From: an uncultured Bacteroidales bacterium
GTDB lineage: Bacteria > Bacteroidota > Bacteroidia > Bacteroidales > VadinHA17
Direction: 5' to 3'
NCBI GenBank assembly: GCA_963843635.1
Contig: CAWJLF010000012.1
Span: 143,259-207,258, forward strand
DNA: 64,000 nt
In this document: piece by piece, positions 20,332 through 28,494 of the stretch
Numbering within the stretch: the stretch's first letter is position 1
Layout: the number at the start of each line of letters is the position of its first letter
The notes under the pieces: generated by a model
Told to the model about the DNA's origin: nothing
Seen by the model: only the letters and a program-made list of their open reading frames with translations
Databases searched by the model: none
Program-made: the position numbers and the translations under genes

Positions 20332-21639
20332 ATGATGACTGAGAAGAAATTGCTTGAGGATTTGACTCCCGAGATTGAATCTACCACATTAAGATGGTAC
20401 CTTACATTTGCCGCATTCTTTATAGTCTTCTGCTTAGGCATCTATGGTTTGATCCAGCAGATTGACAAGGGACATATTGTTACAGGGATGCGAGATAATG
20501 TCGTTTGGGGTCTTTATATTGTCAACTTCATATTCTTTATGGGTTTGAGTTATGCCGGAGCCCTTTTATCAGGAGTGCTTCATCTTTTCCATACGGGTTG
20601 GCGAAAGCCTGTAATAAGGCTTGCAGAACTCATAACTGTTATCTCACTTGTGATAGGACCCTTCTTTATCTTTTTCTGTATAGGCCGCCTCGACAGATTG
20701 CCATTTCTCATATTACACCCCCGTATTCAGTCCCCGATTACTTGGGACGTCATTGCAATCAGCACAGACCTAGTCGGATGTTTTATGTATCTGTATCTGT
20801 CATTCATTGAGGATTTTGCAATTCTTCGCGATTACCAGGAACTCAATGTTCCTCAGTGGAAACGCAATGTCTACAGGGTATTGTCCCTTGGTTTTACCGG
20901 AACCGAAACACAGAAAAAGATATTAAAAAGAGCAAAAAATGTAATGGCATCTATGATTATTGCCATCGCTATCATTGTATATTCTGTTTTGGCCTGGATA
21001 TTCGGTGTTACACTTCAACCGGGATGGCATTCAACTATTTTCGGTCCATACTTTGTTATTGCAGCTGTATTCTCGGGAACTGGCTTACTCATTATACTGA
21101 TGTTCATATTCAGAAAGGTATATCACCTGGAAGAATATATTACAAAACGCCATTTTGTTAATGTAGGGGTACTGCTGACAATTATCGCTGCATTCTATGG
21201 ATATTTCACCTTCAGTGACTACCTGACAAAATGGTATGGATCAATAAAGATGGATTCACTCCTTATTGACAAGCTTTTTTCAGATTATTATTCCCTGTTT
21301 ATATTTGCTAACTATGTGGGTATTCTTATACCATGTGTTATAATAGCGTTCCCGAGATTCAGGAACATAAGGAGTATTACCATTGCTGCCGTGATAGCAG
21401 TGACAGCCCTGTGGGTAAACCGCTATATAATTGTGATCCCTACTCTTGAGACTCCATTTCTTCCCATTCAGGATACACGACCTGACTGGATACAGTATTC
21501 CCCGACATGGGTGGAATGGTCACTTACATTTGCAGGACTTGCTGTTTATGGAATGTTGTTCATGCTGGTCTCCAAGATAGCTCCAATTATCTCTATTTCG
21601 GAGATGAAAGAACAGGATAAGGTTGAGATATTGAAGTAA
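20332..21639 (+). CDS. NrfD/PsrC-family polytopic quinol-interacting membrane subunit
   Basis: 435 aa, about 10 TM helices, immediately downstream of the NrfC-like gene. WGLYIVNFIFFMGLSYAGALLS is a typical NrfD-type helix. Confidence 0.8.
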   Translation: MMTEKKLLEDLTPEIESTTLRWYLTFAAFFIVFCLGIYGLIQQIDKGHIVTGMRDNVVWGLYIVNFIFFMGLSYAGALLSGVLHLFHTGWRKPVIRLAELITVISLVIGPFFIFFCIGRLDRLPFLILHPRIQSPITWDVIAISTDLVGCFMYLYLSFIEDFAILRDYQELNVPQWKRNVYRVLSLGFTGTETQKKILKRAKNVMASMIIAIAIIVYSVLAWIFGVTLQPGWHSTIFGPYFVIAAVFSGTGLLIILMFIFRKVYHLEEYITKRHFVNVGVLLTIIAAFYGYFTFSDYLTKWYGSIKMDSLLIDKLFSDYYSLFIFANYVGILIPCVIIAFPRFRNIRSITIAAVIAVTALWVNRYIIVIPTLETPFLPIQDTRPDWIQYSPTWVEWSLTFAGLAVYGMLFMLVSKIAPIISISEMKEQDKVEILK

Positions 21640-21653
21640 AGCAGAAAGTTATT

Positions 21654-22544
21654 ATGAAAAAAATTATCACAGGCACCCTGATCATACTGGCATTACTGAC
21701 TATTGCTTCAACGGACTCATATTCGCAGGAAGCAGAAATGATAAGTCCGTATATACAGCTGCAATATTTCAAGAATACCAATGACAGTTCATCCTTAAAG
21801 ACAGCTCTTACTTACTCTGTGAACCGGATGGAGCTCCCTATAAAGGACATGAAGATCCTGTTTTATGCCGGAGTAGGAGGGGACAGGAAGCAGATCGGAG
21901 AAGCAGTCACCAACGATAAGGGTGTGGCCATTCTTCATCTTAGTGACAGGTCTGATTTTATTGAAGATGAAACAGGTCAGTGGGCTTTCAGCACTGAATA
22001 TGCGGGTAATGATACAATAGAATCAGCCTCAGCTGATCTTTTGATTCAGAATATAGAAATAGCCATGGAGCTGACAGAGCCGGATAGCATTAAAACAGTT
22101 GCCCTTACCGTTATGAAGGTGACAGATGGGAAAAGAGTACCTGCTGCCGGGGAAATGCTGACAGTTTATGTTCCCCGAATGTTCAGCTTCCTTCCGATTG
22201 GTGATGTTATACTTGACGATGCAGGATACGGATCACTTGAGTTTCCTGCGGACCTTCCGGGTGACAAAGATGGTAACCTGACAATAATTGCCAGGTTTGA
22301 CGAGCACCCGGAATTCGGGAATGTTGAGAAGGAGGCCACTTTAAAATGGGGAGTCCCATCATCTTATTCGATTCCTAAGGGACACAGGGCATTATGGACT
22401 AAAGTAGCTCCCCTGTGGATGATATATACCCTGTCCATCCTTCTGACTGGTGTATGGGGTCATTATATGTTTGCTTTGATAAGCCTTATCAGAATAAAGA
22501 GAGATGCCAAAAAGAATGAATCCGGAGATCTACGGACAAGGTGA
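21654..22544 (+). CDS. hypothetical exported protein with C-terminal TM anchor (operon member, function unknown)
   Basis: Signal peptide MKKIITGTLIILALLTIAS and C-terminal helix LWMIYTLSILLTGVWGHYMFALISLI. No motif I recognise. Confidence 0.5.
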   Translation: MKKIITGTLIILALLTIASTDSYSQEAEMISPYIQLQYFKNTNDSSSLKTALTYSVNRMELPIKDMKILFYAGVGGDRKQIGEAVTNDKGVAILHLSDRSDFIEDETGQWAFSTEYAGNDTIESASADLLIQNIEIAMELTEPDSIKTVALTVMKVTDGKRVPAAGEMLTVYVPRMFSFLPIGDVILDDAGYGSLEFPADLPGDKDGNLTIIARFDEHPEFGNVEKEATLKWGVPSSYSIPKGHRALWTKVAPLWMIYTLSILLTGVWGHYMFALISLIRIKRDAKKNESGDLRTR

Positions 22545-22600
22545 ATAAAAAAATTGCACGAAAATTGTTATCTCTATTTTGTAAATTAAAATGAAGTGTT

Positions 22601-22996
22601 ATGAAAAAAATGAAATTACTTTTATTTAGCTCGGCTCTGCTATTAATGAGCGCATCAATGTCTGCACAGACAAAACCCTGGGTGGTACCCGCGAACTTTA
22701 AATCAATGAAGAACCCAATTGCTATGAGTGATGCCAGTAAAAAAGCAGGCATGACTCTCTATACCAGGAACTGTGCATCCTGCCATGGAAAGGCCGGACT
22801 GGGTGATGGTGTAAAAGCCAGGATGCTGAAAGACTTCCCTGGTGATTTTTCAAAGGCTGATTTTCAGAATCAGACTGACGGTGAACATTTTTATAAGACA
22901 AAGACCGGAAGAGGTGAAATGCCTAAGTATGAAGGTAAGTTATCCGATAATGACATCTGGAACATTGTAAATTATATGAGATCCTTCAAAAAATAG
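22601..22996 (+). CDS. class I monohaem cytochrome c
   Basis: Signal peptide, CASCHG haem site, distal GEMPKY Met ligand motif, 131 aa. Confidence 0.85.
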   Translation: MKKMKLLLFSSALLLMSASMSAQTKPWVVPANFKSMKNPIAMSDASKKAGMTLYTRNCASCHGKAGLGDGVKARMLKDFPGDFSKADFQNQTDGEHFYKTKTGRGEMPKYEGKLSDNDIWNIVNYMRSFKK

Positions 22997-23016
22997 GTAA
23001 TAAAAGTTAAATAATA

Positions 23017-23051
23017 AAAAAAGGGACATGCATCAGCATGTCCCTTTTTTG
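23017..23051. terminator. bidirectional rho-independent terminator between convergent cytochrome genes
   Basis: A7-GGGACATGC-atca-GCATGTCCC-T6 hairpin read directly. Confidence 0.7.
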
Positions 23052-23065
23052 TATCTGTTATTCTT

Positions 23066-24127
23066 TTATTTTACTACTGGTGGTGTATAACCCAGTCCAG
23101 TCATTGTAGCGATAGAATTATCAAGAAGAGTGTTTATGTATCCGGGGTTGTGGACACCCAGGCTCTTGTCCTGAGCAACTGCATCATAATCGAGGTAGGC
23201 CAGAACTACATTTGCTTTGAATGTACCTGCTGCTGCGAGGTCCGTAGCCACATCGTATATTCCAGCTGCAATAAGCTGAGCCTTAAGAGTTCCAAGCTTG
23301 GCAGTAACCTCGGTCTGAAGCGCCTCATAGTCAGGAACAGTTGGGTGGCAGGTCATGCAACCTGTGGTATTTATTTCTTCAGCACCGTGTACCATATAAG
23401 TCATACCCATGTTATGTCCACCAGCCTGGTAGCCATAAGGAGTTGCCAGGTGGCAAGTGATACAACCATTATCTCCAAAATGAGAATTGCTTGTCGGATA
23501 GGCTTCCCCGGGAAGTTCAAAAGGAATTTTACCAAGCAGGAAATTGGCCATTGGAGCATGATGTACACCTATACGTGAATCGTCACTGGTAATCACAAAA
23601 TCATCTCCGTCAAGTACAGGTGCCGGCGATACGTCGCGTGCCTGGTGGCATCCCACGCACTGGTTACTGTTACCGTTATCATAAGTAACAGATGCACCTG
23701 CATATTTGAGGATCAGAGTTTCTGCCCCGGGCTTGGTAAGAGCCCAGTCATCAGTGGTGAATGTGGTATGAATCTGATGACATGTGTAGCAGTTGATCTG
23801 CATAGGATCAGAAGGAACGGATATATCAGCATCTGAACCCTCTGCAACATACTCCAGGAAACCCTGGCTGGTATGGCAGCGAACACAACCTTTACGGTTG
23901 GCATAAGCAGCATTTACACCTGTGGCATGAACAGACTCACTCCACTGTGCTTGTTTTGTTTCAATTAAAGCGCTGTTGTCATGACATGTGGTACATGTTG
24001 CATTTGCATCGATACCATTAGCGCCATCTTGCCCATCTTGACCAGCAGGACCAGCAGGACCTTCACAGGACACAAGAATAAATCCAGCTGCAAACAAGGC
24101 AGAAAGTAGTTTAATCAGGTTTTTCAT
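23066..24127 (-). CDS. hexahaem c-type cytochrome lipoprotein with a collagen-like G-X-Y linker
   Basis: Lipobox FILVSC, then EGPAGPAGQDGQDGANG. Six CxxCH sites: CTTCH, CVRCH, CYTCH, CVGCH, CITCH, CMTCH. Confidence 0.85.
   Translation of the reverse strand: MKNLIKLLSALFAAGFILVSCEGPAGPAGQDGQDGANGIDANATCTTCHDNSALIETKQAQWSESVHATGVNAAYANRKGCVRCHTSQGFLEYVAEGSDADISVPSDPMQINCYTCHQIHTTFTTDDWALTKPGAETLILKYAGASVTYDNGNSNQCVGCHQARDVSPAPVLDGDDFVITSDDSRIGVHHAPMANFLLGKIPFELPGEAYPTSNSHFGDNGCITCHLATPYGYQAGGHNMGMTYMVHGAEEINTTGCMTCHPTVPDYEALQTEVTAKLGTLKAQLIAAGIYDVATDLAAAGTFKANVVLAYLDYDAVAQDKSLGVHNPGYINTLLDNSIATMTGLGYTPPVVK
24024..24059. repeat. two pairs of tandem 9-bp repeats encoding the G-X-Y linker
   Basis: ccatcttgc-ccatcttga-ccagcagga-ccagcagga on the + strand, encoding GPAGPAGQDGQDG on the - strand. 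Confidence 0.8.
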
Positions 24128-24240
24128 ATCAGTTTATTAGTTATTTTTTCACTTTGCAAGCTACAAAAACACTTTGTTATCTTAATAACAGCTTGCATGC
24201 TATTTGCGATTTTATTTATTGATACATATATTACAGACGA

Positions 24241-24254
24241 TTGATAAATGTCAA
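24241..24254. promoter_or_regulatory. FNR/CRP-type box candidate TTGAT-AAAT-GTCAA in the divergent cytochrome/regulator intergenic region
   Basis: 9/10 match to TTGAT-N4-ATCAA. Its centre is about 40 nt upstream of the start site predicted from the TATTTTTG box at 24274. Confidence 0.35.
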
Positions 24255-24273
24255 TTAAATAAATGATATTTGT

Positions 24274-24281
24274 TATTTTTG
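24274..24281 (+). promoter_or_regulatory. Bacteroidota-type -7 promoter box for the Crp/Fnr gene
   Basis: TATTTTTG, 51 nt upstream of the ATG at 24332. Confidence 0.35.
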
Positions 24282-24331
24282 TGATTCAAACAGTCAATTG
24301 ATATATTTTTAAACCCCTCTAAAACTATGGT

Positions 24332-25027
24332 ATGTCAGATAAAAATTTAAAAGAAAATTACGAAAACTGCACGAAAACATGGAAGAATTTTAAATACCTG
24401 ACAGGGGATGAGCTTCATATGATTGATGAAAACAGGTATGAAGCAACATTCAAACCCGGTGAAATAATATTGAAGCAGGGATCTCCTACTTCCAATGCTT
24501 TATTTCTTACTGATGGAATGGCAAAGACATATATTGAAGGCAATAATGGCAGGAACTTCATCATGGGAATAGCATTGCCCGGGCAATTGATAATTGGCCC
24601 TGGCGCTTATGTAAATTCGAGGCATACATATTCTGTAGCTGCCATTACTACTGTACAGGCCTGTTTTATCAACTTCGACATATTCAGACGGCTGTTAAAA
24701 ATAAACGGGAACTTTGCCGAAAGCCTGATGGAAGATATTAGTATCAATTCAATGAGATCGCATACCAGGATGGTGAACCTTGCTCAAAAGAAAATGCCGG
24801 GAAGACTGGCTGAAGCTATACTCTATTTTTCTGATGAGATCTTCAAATCTGATGAATTTGAAGTGATACTTTCGAGGCAAGAATTGGGAGAGATGACCAA
24901 TATGGCAAAGGAATGTGTTGTCAGAATTCTCAGGGAACTTGAGGAATTGGGAGTTATTCGTTCCGATTCATCAAAAATAAAAATAGTGGACAAAAAGAAA
25001 CTAGTTCAGATATCAGAAAAAGGCTGA
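24332..25027 (+). CDS. Crp/Fnr family transcriptional regulator (no N-terminal FNR Cys cluster)
   Basis: cNMP-binding-like beta-roll (FKPGEIILKQGSPTSNALFLTDGMAK) and C-terminal HTH SRQELGEMTNMAKECVVRILRELEELGVI. Only one Cys in the N-terminal 30 aa. Confidence 0.85.
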   Translation: MSDKNLKENYENCTKTWKNFKYLTGDELHMIDENRYEATFKPGEIILKQGSPTSNALFLTDGMAKTYIEGNNGRNFIMGIALPGQLIIGPGAYVNSRHTYSVAAITTVQACFINFDIFRRLLKINGNFAESLMEDISINSMRSHTRMVNLAQKKMPGRLAEAILYFSDEIFKSDEFEVILSRQELGEMTNMAKECVVRILRELEELGVIRSDSSKIKIVDKKKLVQISEKG

Positions 25028-25097
25028 CGGAGCAGGAAGGAAAGTGTATGGGTTTCCTGCTTCCTTTTATTATATTAAAACAAAATCTATAATTATT

Positions 25098-28000
25098 ATG
25101 AAACATTTGAAGTTTCTCATCTCTCCTGTTTTCATGGGAGTATTGTTTGTAATATTTGCCGTATCGATGGCAGTTGCAACGTTTATTGAAAATGACTTTG
25201 GCTCATCAGCTGCATATAATATGGTATATAACACCAGGTGGTTCGAATTAATACTCCTGCTCCTGGTTGTCAACCTTATTGGACAGCTGATAGTTTTTAA
25301 GCTGTTTAAGAAAACCAGGCTGACTGGTGCCCTTTTCCATCTGTCATTCGTCGTAATGATATTAGGTGCAGGGATAACACGGTATTTCGGGTGGGAAGGA
25401 ACCATCCACATCAGAGAAGGAGAAGTGCAGGACAAATGTTTTTCGACCGACAAGTACATTGGATATTCAATAAAGGATCAAAATGGGAATCTAGTGGCTC
25501 AGGATATGGAAAAGTATTCAATGACCTCTGTTTCAGCAGAAAACTATGAAAAAAACATAAGCCTTAATAACAATAACTATCAGCTTGTTCTTTCCAAAAT
25601 ACTTCCAAATGCTTCCGAAGTCATTTCAGAAAATCCGGAAGGCACTCCTGTAGTTTCACTGGTCCTCACAAAAGACATGATTACCCAGGATAACCTGATA
25701 ATAAAAAAAGGAGAAAGTAAGTCATTTGACGGAGTGTCATTCAGCTTTGACCCTGCCATATCAGCTGACATAAATATTTCATACGATTCAGCCGGGTTTT
25801 ATCTCAGTTCAGGTACTGAAATAGGAGAGATGGGAATGGGATCCCATGATATCATAAAAGTTGCTCCAGGGGAAAGGGTGGAGATGTCGAAAATGCAGGT
25901 ATTTACCATAAATGACCTTAAGATTATTCCACAGACATTAAATGCATCGGGAATGGTAACTGCTGTTGCGGTCAATCCGGCTCAGCGTAATACAGGTCTG
26001 AATGCCTTTATTTTTCACGTTTATGGCAATGATAAATCGGAGACCCTTTATTTGTGGGATCGCAATTCTGAAAAGGTAGCGACAGACAGTTGTGTGGTTG
26101 ACGGTTATAAAATTGCGCTTAGTTATGGTTCTAAGATCACAACTCTTCCTTTTTCGATTAAGCTGAATGATTTCATTATCGACAGGTACCCCGGCTCAAA
26201 CAGCCCATCGGGCTATAAGAGTGATGTGACACTTATCGACAGTAAGGCAGGCATTGAAAAACCCTTTATGATCTTTATGAATAATATTCTTAAATACAAA
26301 GGTTATCGTTTTTATCAGTCCTCTTTTGATCGCGATGAGCAGGGTACCATTTTGTCTGTCAATCATGACAGGGCAGGTATGTTAGTAACCTATACAGGTT
26401 ATGCATTGCTGTTTTTCTTTATCATTCTTTCCCTGATAAACAGGAATTCTGTTTTCTATAAGGTAAATGCTGGTTACTGGCAGTCAAACCTGAGAAAGGT
26501 AATCCCATCGCTGATCATCATCTTCTTTCTTTCGGGTCTTTCTTCGGTGAATGCTCAAAAGCTGGTTCCCGGGAAAGATGTTTCGACAGAATTCGGGAAG
26601 GTGCTTGTACAGGATCAGAAGGGAAGGACCAAACCTCTGTTTACTCTCAGTAATGATATCCTGCGCAAGGTAACCAGGAAGAATGAGTTTGACGGATTAA
26701 CCTCCATGCAGGTATTCATGGGTATTTTCCTTGATTTCGACCACTGGAAGGATGTACCTCTCATCACTGTTTCAAATAAAGACCTCCGTAAGAAGATAGG
26801 AATAAGTGGAAAATATGCAGCCTTTTCAGACCTGGTTGATCTTGGAGGGAACGGTAACTATAAGATATCCGCGGATGTCAACAGCGCCTATTCAAAGGCA
26901 CCCGGCGAAAGGACAAAGATGGATAAGGAGGTGATGAAGGTCGATGAAAGACTGAACATCATATACATGATATATAAAGGTGATTTCCTGAAACTGTTCC
27001 CTCTCAAGAATGGAACTCATGACTGGGGTTCTCCTGAAGAAGCTCTCAAAGGGGCAGTAAGCAAGGAAGATTCAGTATACCTAAGCAATATTATCCCGGT
27101 ACTGTCTAATGCCATGACCACCAATAATATTGCTGATACAAGAAAGATTACCGAATCAATAAGCGGATACCAGGAAAGATTTGCACAGTATGATCTTCCT
27201 TCAACCTTTAAAACGAAAGCCGAATTATTATATTACAGGCTTGGCATCTTTGAAAAGCTATTCCCCTTTTATGCCACTGTCGGACTCATTATGCTTATTA
27301 GCCTGATAACAATGGTTATCAGAGGTAAAAATAAAAAATCTCTATTTATCAGGTTGTTGGGATGGCTGTTGTTTGGCGGCTTTCTTTTCCATACTTTTGG
27401 TTTGGTCCTCAGGTGGTATATTGCCGGTCACTCACCGATGAGCAACGGGTATGAATCAATGATTTTTATTTCCTGGGTTACTCTTCTTGCCGGGTTTATC
27501 TTCAGCAGAAAATCGCCTTTTGCACTTTCTGCAACTGCAGTGCTCGGGTCCATGACCCTCATGGTTGCACATCTCAGTTTTATGGACCCTGAGATTACCA
27601 ACCTTGTGCCTGTATTAAAATCATACTGGCTTACTTTGCACGTTTCAGTTATAACAGGTAGTTATGGGTTTCTGGGATTAGGAGCCATTCTGGGACTGAT
27701 AACACTCATACTGCTGACCTTGTCAAATAATAGGAACCGTGAAAGGATATCTGTAACCATTGATGAATTAACAGTAATTAATTATAAGACCCTTACACTG
27801 GGACTGTATTTTCTGACGATCGGTACTTTTCTCGGTGCTGTATGGGCAAATGAATCATGGGGCAGGTACTGGGGATGGGATCCAAAAGAGACATGGTCGC
27901 TTATTACAATAATTGTATACAGTATTGTGATACACTCACGACTCATACCAGGTATGAAAGATGTATATTCTTTTAACCTCCTGTCACTCGTTGCTTTCTT

Positions 28001-28184
28001 TTCAGTATTAATGACCTATTTCGGTGTAAATTACTACCTGTCGGGACTGCATTCCTACGCGGCAGGGGATCCTATACCTATTCCTTCATTTGTATATATA
28101 ACGATTATTGTGCTGTCATTACTCTCGCTGGTGGCCTATCTTAAATATACAAAATGGAAAAAACCTGAAGCAGGTATTAAATAA
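25098..28184 (+). CDS. ccsBA: fused system II cytochrome c biogenesis protein (ResB/CcsB plus CcsA haem lyase)
   Basis: N-terminal ResB-like region (preferred start MKHLKFLISPVFMGVLF). C-terminal CcsA with the WWD motif WGRYWGWDPKETWS and conserved His-containing helices. Confidence 0.85.
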   Translation: MKHLKFLISPVFMGVLFVIFAVSMAVATFIENDFGSSAAYNMVYNTRWFELILLLLVVNLIGQLIVFKLFKKTRLTGALFHLSFVVMILGAGITRYFGWEGTIHIREGEVQDKCFSTDKYIGYSIKDQNGNLVAQDMEKYSMTSVSAENYEKNISLNNNNYQLVLSKILPNASEVISENPEGTPVVSLVLTKDMITQDNLIIKKGESKSFDGVSFSFDPAISADINISYDSAGFYLSSGTEIGEMGMGSHDIIKVAPGERVEMSKMQVFTINDLKIIPQTLNASGMVTAVAVNPAQRNTGLNAFIFHVYGNDKSETLYLWDRNSEKVATDSCVVDGYKIALSYGSKITTLPFSIKLNDFIIDRYPGSNSPSGYKSDVTLIDSKAGIEKPFMIFMNNILKYKGYRFYQSSFDRDEQGTILSVNHDRAGMLVTYTGYALLFFFIILSLINRNSVFYKVNAGYWQSNLRKVIPSLIIIFFLSGLSSVNAQKLVPGKDVSTEFGKVLVQDQKGRTKPLFTLSNDILRKVTRKNEFDGLTSMQVFMGIFLDFDHWKDVPLITVSNKDLRKKIGISGKYAAFSDLVDLGGNGNYKISADVNSAYSKAPGERTKMDKEVMKVDERLNIIYMIYKGDFLKLFPLKNGTHDWGSPEEALKGAVSKEDSVYLSNIIPVLSNAMTTNNIADTRKITESISGYQERFAQYDLPSTFKTKAELLYYRLGIFEKLFPFYATVGLIMLISLITMVIRGKNKKSLFIRLLGWLLFGGFLFHTFGLVLRWYIAGHSPMSNGYESMIFISWVTLLAGFIFSRKSPFALSATAVLGSMTLMVAHLSFMDPEITNLVPVLKSYWLTLHVSVITGSYGFLGLGAILGLITLILLTLSNNRNRERISVTIDELTVINYKTLTLGLYFLTIGTFLGAVWANESWGRYWGWDPKETWSLITIIVYSIVIHSRLIPGMKDVYSFNLLSLVAFFSVLMTYFGVNYYLSGLHSYAAGDPIPIPSFVYITIIVLSLLSLVAYLKYTKWKKPEAGIK

Positions 28185-28187
28185 TAA

Positions 28188-28222
28188 AATGGGGCAGGTC
28201 ACAGACCTGCCCCATTATTTTT
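28188..28222. terminator. bidirectional rho-independent terminator (ccsBA / tRNA-His)
   Basis: 13-bp stem AATGGGGCAGGTC-aca-GACCTGCCCCATT followed by ATTTTT, with an A-rich run on the other side. Confidence 0.7.
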
Positions 28223-28248
28223 CCCGCCCTTTTTCATACTGGGAACAG

Positions 28249-28323
28249 GGTGGAAGATGGGGCTCGAACCCACGACCTTCGGAACCACAATCCGACGTTC
28301 TAACCGACTGAACTACATCCACC
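28249..28323 (-). tRNA. tRNA-His (anticodon GTG)
   Basis: Hand-folded cloverleaf. Acceptor GTGGATG/CTTCCAC has one U-U mismatch. D arm GTTC-AGTCGGTTA-GAAC. Anticodon stem TCGGA/TCCGA with loop TTGTGGT. T arm GTGGG-TTCGAGC-CCCAT. An extra 5' G(-1) lies opposite discriminator C, as in bacterial tRNA-His. CCA is not encoded. Confidence 0.9.
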
Positions 28324-28494
28324 GTTTCAGGAGTGCAAAATAAGGTCAAAATTTCTATTTCACAAAATTTTAATTTTATTTTCTCTAACTGATGCCAATT
28401 AGTATCTTTGGACGGTTCATATTAAAGTGAACCGGTTGATAATTAGTTCAGCCGGTCTGTATAAAAGGGAAAGTTATAATATATCTTTCGTGCG

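Noticed and set aside
23066-24127. Hexahaem protein considered as NrfA, HAO or an octahaem reductase.
   Set aside because: No CxxCK haem, only six CxxCH sites, and none of the characteristic spacing I associate with NrfA or HAO. Left as an unassigned multihaem cytochrome.
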